In this document: positions 52,172 through 64,000 of the stretch, piece by piece
How positions within the stretch are numbered: the stretch's first letter is position 1
Layout: each line of letters starts with the position of its first letter
Assembly: GCA_903813345.2 (NCBI GenBank)
Contig: CAIIXF020000001.1
Span: 29,450,001 to 29,514,000, forward strand
Direction: 5' to 3'
Length of the DNA: 64,000 nt
DNA from: Owenia fusiformis
Lineage: Eukaryota
Program-made: the position numbers and the translations under genes
The notes under the pieces: generated by a model
Database searches by the model: none
Seen by the model: only the letters and a program-made list of their open reading frames with translations
What the model was told of the DNA's origin: nothing

Positions 52172-53843
52172 TTAGTCTACAGCACAGAAGACATCAGCCT
52201 TCCCTGATGATGAAATAAAATCATTGATGCCCCTACGGCCACAGGCACTTCTTGGCATTTGTATTGGATAGGATGCTTCACAGCCTTCAAGCCAACCAGT
52301 TCGGCACATTTGCAGACCAAGTTCATATGCAGCGAGTAACTGAGCTTTTGTAGCAAGCTTATGACCTCTGCTCTCACAGAGTGCTTTTGCTTCATCACAC
52401 GTAAGGCTGTATCTACCTCTACTTCCTTCCATATGATAAACCAAACCTCTCTCTGAATTAATATATATATATATATAACAGTAATTCAAACATGCCAACT
52501 GTGTCTCAGCCAATCAGCTTAAAGCATTCCAATGTATTAATTAATTGATATATGCATGAAAATGATTTTGCTGTGCATTTAATGAGCAGTACCAGTCGTT
52601 AAAAAGGCGTGTCAGCATATTTCAGGCAATGCAATGATTTACCAACGAAGTTTTCATAAGTTTTCTGCATCAAATTAATTATTTCATTATCTCTTAATTA
52701 TTTCATTATCTCTTATATTTTGACAAACAAAACCTTTTCAATTGTTTTGAAATGAATATCAATTGTAACCCAACATCCCTATTTAGTATTTGTATATAGT
52801 ATATATATAGTACTTGTCCTAAAACATAAAATTTAATTTTTCAAAGACAACAATCTTGTAGATGTAAATGGTGAACTGTTCTACTTCATCATTGACCAGA
52901 GTTATGTTTGAATTGCAATAAAGAATCATGTATCATTCTATCTCGTATATCTGTATATTGATTCTTTATTTCTTAAGTAATACATTTAAAATGGTATTGA
53001 AGTTCAGTCCTTGTTGCAACATTTACTATAATAGGCCTAAATGAAAATATGTCTAGTTTCTATTCTATGCTCATTATTTTGATAGAAGATGGAAAATATA
53101 TCTCCACATTTTCAATCAGGACCCGAGAACATGTATAAAAATGAGTTTAGTTCCTTTTCATACAGAACTCAATTGAATTGATTTTTCATTATACATGTTC
53201 CCAAGGCCTATGGTCAATCATAAGTTTGCTAACCTTCTTTGTACTTAGGTGCTAGCTATAGTAGAATAGTATGTTGAATGTTTGCGTAAAGCACCTGTGC
53301 CTTTGGTTGGAGAGTGTGGATGATTTAATCTACTCAGGTCTTGTATCATAGACTTTGAAATTCGGGCTGCCACCCTCATTCAAAGTTTTTATACAAGATA
53401 TACATGATTACAATCATTTACACAATTCAATAATTATGGGCTTATATCCTTAAACAATGCATGAATTTAGCCCGGGAATTTAACAAAATACTAGAAATGT
53501 TAGATTCAATTTAACTTTAAATATTCTTACGTCTTTGTTTTTCACAAGCACATTCACTTAGCGCATTTCTCGTCTCTGACAGCTGTTTCTTTAATAGATC
53601 ATGTTGTACATCACTATCAATCTTCATTGAATCAACCTTCTCATCAAAATGACTTTTCAGTGAATCGATCTTCAAATCAAAATAATGCTTCAGTGCGGCA
53701 AACTTGTCATTAAGTTTGTTATCAATATAATCTTTCAGGACAGCTTCCAGCCCATCAAGATGTTTTGTTGTACATGTTTTCGGTTTCCCTCTAACAAAAA
53801 CAAACGAACAGAGAAACAGCATTAAATGAAGTGATTGCCTCAT
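52172..53843 (-). CDS. Secreted coiled-coil + Link (Xlink) module protein, ~197 aa
   Basis: Exon 53843-53531 encodes the signal peptide MRQSLHLMLFLCSFVFVRG and a heptad region ending ECACEK, with a phase-1 GTAAGA donor. It joins in frame to exon 52452-52172: GLVYHMEGSRGRYSLTCDEAKALC...LATKAQLLAAYELGLQMCRTGWLEG...YPIQMPRSACG...DVFC*, which matches the Link module consensus including all four canonical Cys. Confidence 0.85.
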
Positions 53844-56800
53844 GTTTCTGATCTTCACTCTTTGGTCTCACTTAGTTTAAATAATACCTGAATTAGCAAA
53901 ACATGATTAATTCAGGTTATTGTATTGTGATTACAGCTTATCCTAGTCAATTACATACATTTATTTACTACACGTTCATACATTTAAAGGTAAACTTTGC
54001 CATTCAGTCTTACAAGTAGAATAAAATATGCCAAGTGTGTCTCAGCCAATCAGCTTCGAGTATTTCAGTGCATTAATGCAAGGTATATGGTCAACTGAGC
54101 AGAAACATTATTTTTTTACAGTGCATTATTGTTTCATAATGAACTGAGCAGTACCATTATTAGTAAAAGAGTGACTATTCTTTTCTTGCAGAATATTGTG
54201 TTCTGGTTCATTTTTCAATGAAAATTGGTCAATCTAATGGAATGGCTTATTCTTCAGATGATTATTGATCTTAACGAGATCTGGTAAAGGTTGCTTCATC
54301 ATTATTGACCAATACCAAATAATATTTTTAACTTTGCTGATTAAAAATTATTATTCAAAATCACATTTTATTTAATGTAATTATTTAGATACGAAAATTA
54401 CTAATTATTGTTGGCCTTTTCTACAATAATTGTCTCCCTTAAATGTATGTATCCCTTTAAATAATACAATCCCAATGCATGTAAGTGTTAAGGTACAATT
54501 ACAAACAATTTATGACTTTTGTCAATATTTTGCTGCACGTAATGCACATTAAGCTCGATTAATAATGATATGCTTTGTGTAACACTGGCAATTATTATAT
54601 TTATATTATAAAAATCATTCATTTCATAAATTATATGACTGTAAAGTTTGTATTACAAAAAGTATTACCACCTTGCCTGGCCTGTTCTAGGGGTATTAGT
54701 GCTTGTTAAGAAGGCTTTTACTTTACTATATTGAGCTGAGGAATATCTGACGTGATAGTGGAAGGCCTAATATTGATATTTCAGCCCGCCAATGTTCTCT
54801 GGGAAATGAGATATCGTTCAATGCGCATAATTTTCCTTCAGTGGCAGTCCGTTCTTGCTATTTCAGCCCTGGGCATACACGGTGGTAATAATACTAATAA
54901 CGTCATTACTTCGGGCAATTTAGTGAAACATTGGACCTTGGTCCAATATTTCACTATATTACCCTTTAAAATGATGTTATTGTACTAATACAATAAAACC
55001 TGTTTAATCCAAAAAACATTGGGACTGGCTAAAAGTGTTCAAATAAGGAGGTGTTCGGATTTCAACGTTTTTGCATTGGAAAGATATGTTCAGATGTTAA
55101 GGTCAATGGGAGGAAAAAATGGGACAGGAAAAAAATGTTCAGATTGGAAGGTGTTGGATTGGCCAGGTGTTCATATATACAGGTTTCACTGTTATTATAA
55201 CATCAATCCTTTTCACAGAGTTCTTGTACTTACAAAAGTGTACCAAAGCATAATTGTGAATATTGAGACTAGTCATTATATTAAATACCTTATAACATAA
55301 ATGTTTTTGTGTTTAAAAAATATTTTATTTCTTATACAGTAAAACATGGGAACTGGGGGCAAGGTGGAACTACTATGAACTTTTTGGCATATCTGTGCAA
55401 GTCATCAGTGCCTTCATATAAAAGGTCCTAGCCCTTGTAAAGAAAGTGGCTCAGTCTCCAAATCTGATCCTAAAATACACCAAAATAAAAAAGAACAACT
55501 TCTACCACATGTTTCAACATCATTTGACAATAGTGTTTAATATTTTGGAGGAGACTTTATGAGGATCAGGTACTGCCTGACCCCTTAAAATTACCCATTA
55601 GTAATTACTTCTTAATGTATTCTAATAAAAGTGATCTCACAATATATTAATGTCTATTTCCAGTTTTATCAGTTGATAGTGACAGTTTAGATATAGTGAT
55701 TCATGTGATCAGGCCAAGTAAAACTATATTGCAGTATTCAAACATATGGCTTTCAATGTAAAGCCAATCAGATTGTAAATTTGCAATTTAGCCCAGAGCA
55801 CCAATGCACATGAAAATCAGAAACAGTGGCACAATCATGTTCTTACTGTACCCTGAACCCTCTTTAGGTTTGCTTCAAAACCCTACAACGCACCTTATCT
55901 ACTTCCCAGTTGGTCCTTCCATGGACATATATCAACTAATATACGTCCATGGTCCATCTTCCTTGTGAAGTAGATAGGGGGTCAAGAGTCTTGGAGCAAC
56001 CTACCTCTTCACTTGAGCTCCATAGGATATCTCCAAGTTGCACCACATATGTACAAATGAACATGACAAATTGTTGATTAATTTGTTGCCTGCTTTTGGG
56101 ATTCTTCGATTTTATACAGATTCTAGACAGTTCAATTCCTTGACAAAATAAAACAATATTCCTTGAATAACTTCTTTCCAGTGTCAATAAGAGGTATTCA
56201 TTTGGAAAAATCAAATTTTTGTTACAAAAATAATTCTGAACCGACTGTTGGTTTCTTCTCATTTTTGCACTAAATTTTCATTTTCTGTTTCAAATACCAT
56301 CAATATTCTAAAAATCGCAAAAACCAAATTAAATAGCACCAAATTAGTCCAATTAAAAGTATAAGACAAGGACTAAAACCTAAAACTTGAAAACTATTTA
56401 AAATCCCAGTAGTTTATCATTCTATGTGAGCAGATTTCCCCATGGGGTACAGTATCAATAAATCTAAACTTTTTGTTCTGTTTAGCTGCCATACAACTTT
56501 GAAATAAATAAATTCATATTGCATAGTTTGTGCATTCATTATTCATGTGAAAACATTTCTAAATAAAAATAGTATTTTATGAACCATATGTTTAAATGCC
56601 ATATTGCATGTATTGCATGGTCAAATGAACAACCATAGCCAGAAAAATAGTCAGTATACAAATACATTTTGCTTTCACAAAAAATGCGTTAAGTTTTTTT
56701 GAGTTACTGTACAACTGAATCAACTGAATTTTGATTCTGTCTAAATATACATATATACAATAATGAGCAAGTCTTTGACATATAATACAGAGATCATTTT

Positions 56801-56968
56801 CCATCCTTGACTTTCAGTCTTTCACCATATTTGATGTTACACTTTCAAAATGCCAGTTTCTTTGATTCTCCAATTCCTGTATAGCATACAATACATCGAC
56901 TGGCAAGATTGTCCATATGAAAGTGCATGTGCACTTGAAACCATGTGATGGTCATTGGTATCCAGATT

Positions 56969-59900
56969 TTATTCTGTGCCTAGAGCAAAGTCAATGTCAG
57001 ATTCTGTCTCATCATAGGGATCCAAGGGTATAGGGGGTGTGGGGTCAATATCATAATTCAAGATCTCGTCATCTGTCAGGTGTGAGTCTCCTTCCATCCA
57101 GTTAGCAAATCTGCAAATACAGCAAGGTAATATTTGATAACCACAGCTTTTTCGTAAATAAGTTATAGCTTAGCAATGTACTTTGTATTTAATTATGCCA
57201 ATAATTTGAAGAACATAGAGTGAATTTTTGAAGTTACTCAATGTGATGTAGTTGCCGTTTTTATTCACATCATACAAAAATGAGAATAAAATGACATTAT
57301 TATTTATAAAATGACATTATAATATCAATCATCTATAATAAAAAAAATAGGGTGTAGAAGAATATGAGGAATATCCTGCATGATTCTTAATACTATTTGC
57401 TTCAAAAGCACTCTCTATTTGTTAAAAGGATGCAAGAGGTTTTACAGTAAGTTTGATGAAAAAGAGGATTCAAGAGACATATTTGCAATATGCTAATTTT
57501 CAAATTCTGATCAGAACTCAGCTATGCAGTTATCAAGGTCAACACTGACTGTCAACTAGCATTAGTTTCATTCATATTACTGGGATAAGTAAATGGAAGA
57601 GAGATTTTTAAAAAAACAGGCAAATAATAGTAATATTAAGAACCTACCTTTGTGGTGTGCCCAATCTGCTGATGGTTTTCCAGGCATCACATTGTGGACT
57701 CCTGCAGTATTCCTTGAGTTCTTCTAAAGCTTTCCGAGTCTCCTTATCTCCCTGCCTTATGTACTCTGCTTCACTTAGCAGACGGATTTTCGGCGGAAAG
57801 CGCCTCCTCCTGTCAGGAAAATGAAGAAATATGGAGATTTCAATACATTTACATGTTACATGATTTGTGATGTCATAATGGCAATTTTCAAAAACAAAAA
57901 TGGAATGAACAATTTTTGAAAAATCACAGGTTAGTAGTGTGGTGATGCTTTTAGTAACATTTTATTATTTACATTATATACTAGAATACATATAAGATAG
58001 ATACATTTGAATGTACATTTTGTAATTCTTATCACTTAAGATAGGTGTCAATACAAATTCACTTGATTAATACTTACCACCAGGTTTTGATGGAATATGT
58101 GACAGAGTATGGGAAGTTATGGATGATGAGAATGGTGACCATAATAAACACAGATACTTCAGGAATCTGCATGCTATTGTACATACATATCAGCCCTGAT
58201 AGCTGAATAGTCCATTTAATAAGATTGCGACTCCTTATATCCTCAATGGGGCCTTTCCAGTAACATATTGCGAAACTTATCAGTCCAGCAATCAGGAAGT
58301 AACCTATGACGAAATGAGAGTATGTCTCTAGTATTCCCTGGATGTTTTCCCATAAATACTGAATGAAGTAGAGACTCACAGACCAGCCCCCCATCAGGAA
58401 TGTGTAAACTACAGGTTTCTGAAAATAAAAGAAATAAGGAGTTGAAGTGCATTCAAGACAACTAAACTATATGTGAGGCCTTCAGAGTGAACTTAAATAT
58501 TCCAGCAAAAATACCAGTGATTTCAAAACTAAAGAGTACAAAATCAATATGAATGATATTTTCTTCCTAGGTTTTCAGAGGATTTAATTCATCTTCCTTC
58601 AGACATTCATGCAGCACTTTGTAAAATTCAGTTATAACAAGGCATTAACATGCAAACTGTCACTACCTGCCATTTGTTACAGACACTGACCACCAAACAC
58701 CGTCCACTTCTTGTGGCAACATAAAAAAGCAAACGATCACGACTCTCAGCCATACCCATTACTCTGTATCACATAAACAGCCAGTAAAACCATAGATGCC
58801 ATATAACTGATCGGAAGATAAACCACAGAATAAACCCCATAACACTACCAAAAGCACATATGCCTAAAACAGACTATTTTTAAAAGGTGCAGTTGTTAAT
58901 TCTCAATCCACATTTATGATGTAAATATTAATAAGCGTATCATCACCTTTCCAGGTATAAGCCGGCTGAATATGAAGACTACGATGAGGAGAGATGCACA
59001 CAAACCCACAGAAACACCTGTCCCATAGTAGAACAAAACATTCCTGGAAATAAAGAACCAACATTTCAAACAAATTCAGGTTTTCTGTATACCATATTAT
59101 TCATGAAGTGCCTGCATGCCACCTTTCTATACATGAAAAAAAATTCAATAGTTCAAGACACCACAGATTGTGGTTGTACCTATTAAAACATTCACAATTT
59201 ATGAATTCCATGTTATGAATACTGTATTTATATATTTTGATATGCGACAAATGTTCACATCAAACAAGGTTCTTTTTTGGGGGGAGGATAGGGCCCATTC
59301 TTTTTGTCTGAATATACAAAGTATACAACATACCTACTGAGTCTCTTGGCAGAGAGGAACAGGATGATCCCTATGATGAAGTAGCTCACTAACCATGGAT
59401 CAACAACTACAAGAATAAAGTCATGTCATTGATAACCTTATTCACAAAGGTTAATTTATGGTAAGATCATATATGATTCTATCTTGGTCTGTAATAAGAG
59501 GGATCTAGTCCTATGCCATCCTCCTGAGCAGGTGTCCAGAATCCATACCTCCTTCTTTCCCCCTGCTATGACCAAATTGGAAGCGCCCAATAAAACTGAA
59601 TCATGTGATCTAATTATGTGCTGATGACGTATACATGATTGCTGTTGCAATGTTGCAGTTCTTAATCGGGGAAATGCTAACTGCTTATCCCAGGGGGTAA
59701 AAAGAAAGAAGATATTTTGGATTTTAAAGCACTGTTATTGGAGGATGGTCCTATGCATGAATGGTCTAAATCAAAGTATAAACCAATCATCCAGTGATGA
59801 CCAACCAATGTACCATTGTGTTTATGTCATAAAACTCATGACCTTGATTCGATAGTATTAATGTTGAAAGGTTCTTTTTTCACATACTTTTCAAATATCC

Positions 59901-62645
59901 ATTTCTTGCAAGATATCCAGTCTCTGACAAGTAGATTGGTGTATTCAGTTGATGAAAATATCTCATATCATTGAAGATTCTCTTCTTGAAGTTACAGATT
60001 GACTTTGGATAAATGAGGGCTTATATTCAAGGATTGAGGCAAAAACTATGGTTAACATGTAACATCCTCATTGAACACAATTATATACTAAAAAGATGGC
60101 AAACTGATACAGTTTTAAAAATTTTATTTAACTATGGTATTATACTGCCTACTTCAATCCCATTTCTACTTTAGACTCAGATTATGATCATTATAGAACA
60201 TCCGATAGACTAAATGTGAGTAGAAATCTTGATTAACTTCATTAAATATTCCAAATTCAGTCAAAGTGATGCCATATTTGAAATCTACATGTAAAAGTAC
60301 TTCTAGAAATATGGTTCCGAAATTGTTTATCAACTTTGAAATTTTTTTTATATTTCAATTTGCATATCTATGAGATACATAAGGGTTATATGAAAATCAA
60401 GCCACTAAAACAAAGTTAAAGGGCACTTTCTACTATACCCACCATGCTATCTGTCCTGAACGAGCCTCCTGGTGGTAAAACTGGTAACTACCTACTCGCA
60501 TCTGCATTATTTTGAAATAACTTTCTCGCTGTTGGTTGAATATTCTTTAGTCTACTTAGTTTATGTTTTCTCATGTAATAGAATGTTGAATGTGTGTATT
60601 ACAGAGGTGTGCTTGCCAATATGGTAAATATTGACAAAAAAAGATTTCTGAACCTGCACTTTTAAATGATTTTGAGAGAATGACCAATGTATCAACATAT
60701 TTGAGAAAGTTTTACTAAAATTTCATTTCATTATTTTGGGTCAACCTGTACCTTTGATTCTAAACTCTATCTCATAATCCAAGCTAGTTGCTATCCCCAT
60801 ACACGAGTTTGTGAACGGCTTCATATTCACGGCCTCTGTCTTCCAGGGCATAAGGTTGAACCAGCTGGTAGCTGAAGCCTGGTATTGTCTATATACATCA
60901 CTGTCATTCTGACCTTTGAACACTTCATACTGATCATCGGCTATCTTGATCTTAACCTGAAAGCAATGAAAATACGAAAAACAGTAACTTCTGTCAGCAG
61001 TCCTGCATGGGCGTAGCCAGGGGAGAGGGGATTGCTCACAAAAAAGGAAAAAGCAATTTTATAAAAGGAGTGGTATCGATATGGAGAACTTTTTGAACAC
61101 ACTTTTCTCTTAAACCAGTCAAAAACAAATCTAAAAATTTTACACTTCGTCAATTTAATGGTCATCTTTTGAATGGTAATAATATAATTTGAAAAATATA
61201 TATATACTTTCATCTATATTGTTTAAGAAAACACATCAAGCACTTCTTGTTCTTGGTATCATGTTTCCAGAGTGAAATGAAACATCTTTCCGAACCTCAT
61301 TGGAACAAAACGACATAAACACAATATGTTTAGGTCTCTCAATATTGTTGTAAAAAATTCAATTTGTTTATTATACCATCACCCAAATAAAGGGTATTAG
61401 GCAAAAGTACATACAGTAAATAAGTATATAACAATTAAGTATTTTATAACAAACATATTTACAATTGCTTCCCAGCCTCATTTAGAAACTTACATAATGC
61501 TAACAATTTTGGTTGATTTTAAAAAAGTATCTTGTTAATGAAATAAAAGGTTTATCTTGATTTTTATCTATTTTGGGGGATTTTGTTTTAATTTTTTGAA
61601 TACTTTTTTAAAATCAACCAAAAATTCCTTTGTATACCTATAATATTGAGAGGTCTAAAAACATGTTGTATATGCTACATGTATTTTGTTCCAACAAGGT
61701 TCGGAAAGACATTCTATTTCATTCTCAAAAATTGGTAGAAAGGAGCAAAAACAATTGTACTAAAAAAAACAAAAAATGTTAACAAAAACAGTTATATAAA
61801 ATATTTCTAAATAATTTTCGCATTAAATTGTTGTCAATCAGTCAACATTACATAAAATACCGTGTTTTTTTAAAGATTGTTTTCAATGATTGGTTTAAGA
61901 GAAAAACATTGTTGAATTAAGTTCTCCATATCGATACCACTCCTTTGTTGAAAAAACAGTGACAAGGTACTACAGGTAAAGATAGGCTATACCTGTTGAT
62001 GATGACTATACATGTTATAGAGGCCTAATTATACCTGTTGAGGCTATACCTGTTGATGATGACTATACATGTTATAGAGGCCTAATTATACCTGTTGAGG
62101 CTATACCTGTTGATGATGACTATACATGTTATAGAGGCCTAATTATACCTGTTGAGGCTATACCTGTTGATGATGACTTTACATGTTATAGAGGCCTAAT
62201 TATACCTGTTGAGGCTATACCTGTTGATGATGACTATACATGTTATAGAGGCCTAATTATACCTGTTGAGGCTATACCTGTTGATGATGACTATACATGT
62301 TATAGAGGCCTAATTATACCTGTTGAGGCTATACCTGTTGATGATGACTATACATGTTATAGAGGCCTAATTATACCTGTTGAGGCTATACCTGTTGATG
62401 ATGACTTTACATGTTATAGAGGCCTAATTATAAAACAAATATTGGAACACCGTCGGAGCTTTGATAAAGACTATGATTTTTGATGAACTGGGTGGCATGC
62501 ATATTTATATATCTTATCTAATTTACCATAGGATTCGTCCAGAGTCTTGTGAGCCTGATTTTTCCACCTTTGTAACAGAATATCCGCAGCTTTTTTTCAC
62601 CATTTCCAGATTCCTTTCTTTGAAAATTTCTAGGCATGTTACACA
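56969..62645 (-). CDS. NEMP1: Nuclear envelope integral membrane protein (NEMP/TMEM194), 5' end unresolved
   Basis: Exons 62645-62527, 60956-60752, 59406-59334, 59043-58947, 58418-58078, 57809-57648, 57110-56969; phases consistent. Motifs LRIFCY, LSRNVLFYYGTGVSVG, GGWSVSLY, SFAICYWKGP, RLLSEAEYIRQGDKETRKALEELKEYCRSPQCDAWKTISRL, RFANWMEGDSHL. Confidence 0.92.
61064..61946. mobile_element. Non-autonomous element with 28-bp perfect TIRs
   Basis: AAAGGAGTGGTATCGATATGGAGAACTT / AAGTTCTCCATATCGATACCACTCCTTT; no TSD; carries an extra ~165-bp insert relative to the 11118 copy. Confidence 0.75.
61984..62432. repeat. 57-bp minisatellite, ~8 copies, in a NEMP intron
   Basis: Unit AGGCTATACCTGTTGATGATGACTATACATGTTATAGAGGCCTAATTATACCTGTTG, starting at 61984, 62041, 62098 ... 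62383. Confidence 0.95.
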
Positions 62646-63201
62646 CTGCAATGAACAGATACATGTTTTTTGATTCATTGTACAACCTAGTGGCAATGCA
62701 ATAGGTCTGGACATCATGTAGGGAAAATTGTGATTCAGTAAAAGAACAATCCTATCCTCGTTACATACATCACTTCCACACAAATCGCTTTGAAAAATGC
62801 AAATCTGAGTCTTATGTATTTTGTTTGAATGTATTGTAGATGTTCTGTCACTATTACATGGAAAAACTCTCTTCATTTCACCATGAAAGCCCATGATTTC
62901 ACAGTCTACCTAACGGTCAGCTGTGTTCAGTAAGACCTCCACAAGGTTTACACGTAGATCTTAGGTGACCATCAAACAAACAAAGATTTAGATTTACAAC
63001 GTATAGCATGTGCAGTTCCATGATTGAGCTTTATGTGACAAATTAAATTGGTAGAGTCCATTTCACTGTTTGACTGCGTCAGTAAAAGCTAAAAAATAAG
63101 AAATCAAAATATCATTTTGTTATAATATATGGAAAAATATATTCCTATTGTACATGAATGACATTTGTATATCTTGGATTGCTTCTACTATTTTTTTCAT
63201 G

Positions 63202-64000
63202 GCCTGAGTTTGTCGCTAACATGCTAAATATAAGAGTTAGCTGACGTTTGGGAGTCTGACTTACCTTCTAAAGGTTAGAACCCGAATCTTAATGAAACCA
63301 TATCACCTTTGTTGCGTCATTGATGATGCATAACACAGCATTTGATAGAAATTAGTGTAAATGCTTTTCCGACTTTTTCATTTTTCATTAATGTTGACTT
63401 CCGGGAAGGCATTGTAGTTATCACGAAATAACGCATTGACCCTTGAACTTTACTTTGTTGACGTGTCAACCAAGCATGTCTGGTGTGAAAATTAAAAGAA
63501 TATTAAGCAATGTTCTACATCCGCCAAGCTAAGTGAAGTAGCCAATATTTAAAATTACCAATTTCAAGTGAAGTACGCAACGAACAAAAACTGCGTGATC
63601 TGCACTCCCACTATTGGTCTGAACGAAATGCTTCGTAGAAATATGAGCCGTCTGCTGTATTAGTCGATTAATAGAGTAAGACCTGTTGGTGATGCTTTAT
63701 AATTTAGACCAAAACATTGGAGAACAAACGAACCTGTAAATCGTGAAAACAACGAACAAATATTCGGTTTTCACATATGTTCGGTAATTTTTCGTATTGA
63801 AACTTCCGGAACTTACAAGGAAATCATTCATTTTCACGGTCCATGATTTACCTCTTGGATGTTGTGGCAAATGCTCCATGGTTGACGGAACAAAGGTGAT
63901 ATGGTTTCATTAAGATTCGGGTTCTAACCTTTAGAAGGTAAGTCAGACTCCCAAACGTCAGCTAACTCTTATATTTAGCATGTAAGCGACGAACTCAGGC
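63202..64000. mobile_element. Young inverted-repeat element truncated by the window edge
   Basis: 63202-63319 is a near-perfect reverse complement of ~63884-64000; true ends and TSD are not visible. Confidence 0.65.

Noticed and set aside
53234-53251. Possible 18-nt phase-1 microexon (PPKYKE) in the Link gene
   Set aside because: Weak pyrimidine tract and a competing AG 4 nt upstream; the gene is in frame without it. Left out pending RNA data.
1-64000. tRNA, rRNA or prokaryote-type operon/defence system
   Set aside because: None recognisable by eye; the remaining short ORFs lie in AT-rich introns or repeats. tRNAscan-SE or Infernal would be needed to exclude small RNAs.

Overview
AT-rich, intron-rich animal genomic DNA, probably from a protostome or lophotrochozoan marine invertebrate (inferred from the NDUFA8 N-terminus and the repeat types; not provable here). 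Five spliced genes were reconstructed by hand with GT-AG boundaries and consistent phases. (1) CHID1, minus strand, 11 exons, 395 aa. (2) NDUFA8, plus strand, 3 exons, 176 aa, head-to-head with CHID1. (3) TRAF3IP1/IFT54, plus strand, 14 exons plus a candidate 27-nt microexon. (4) A small secreted coiled-coil + Link (Xlink) module gene, minus strand. (5) NEMP/TMEM194, minus strand, 7 exons, 5' end unresolved. A signal-peptide first exon of a sixth gene lies at the left edge. The remainder is dense in transposons: two ~4.5-kb Academ-like elements (TAG...CTA ends, 3-bp TSDs; one with XPG/Cys8 transposase remnants), a decayed Tc1/mariner, MULE-, Harbinger-, Helentron/HINE- and Crypton-like non-autonomous elements, a LINE 3' end and intronic minisatellites. 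The most notable item is the Link-module protein, a domain classically tied to chordate hyaluronan binding, here fused to an oligomerising coiled coil and bracketed by a direct repeat that suggests insertion. No database searches were possible, so novelty is unverified.
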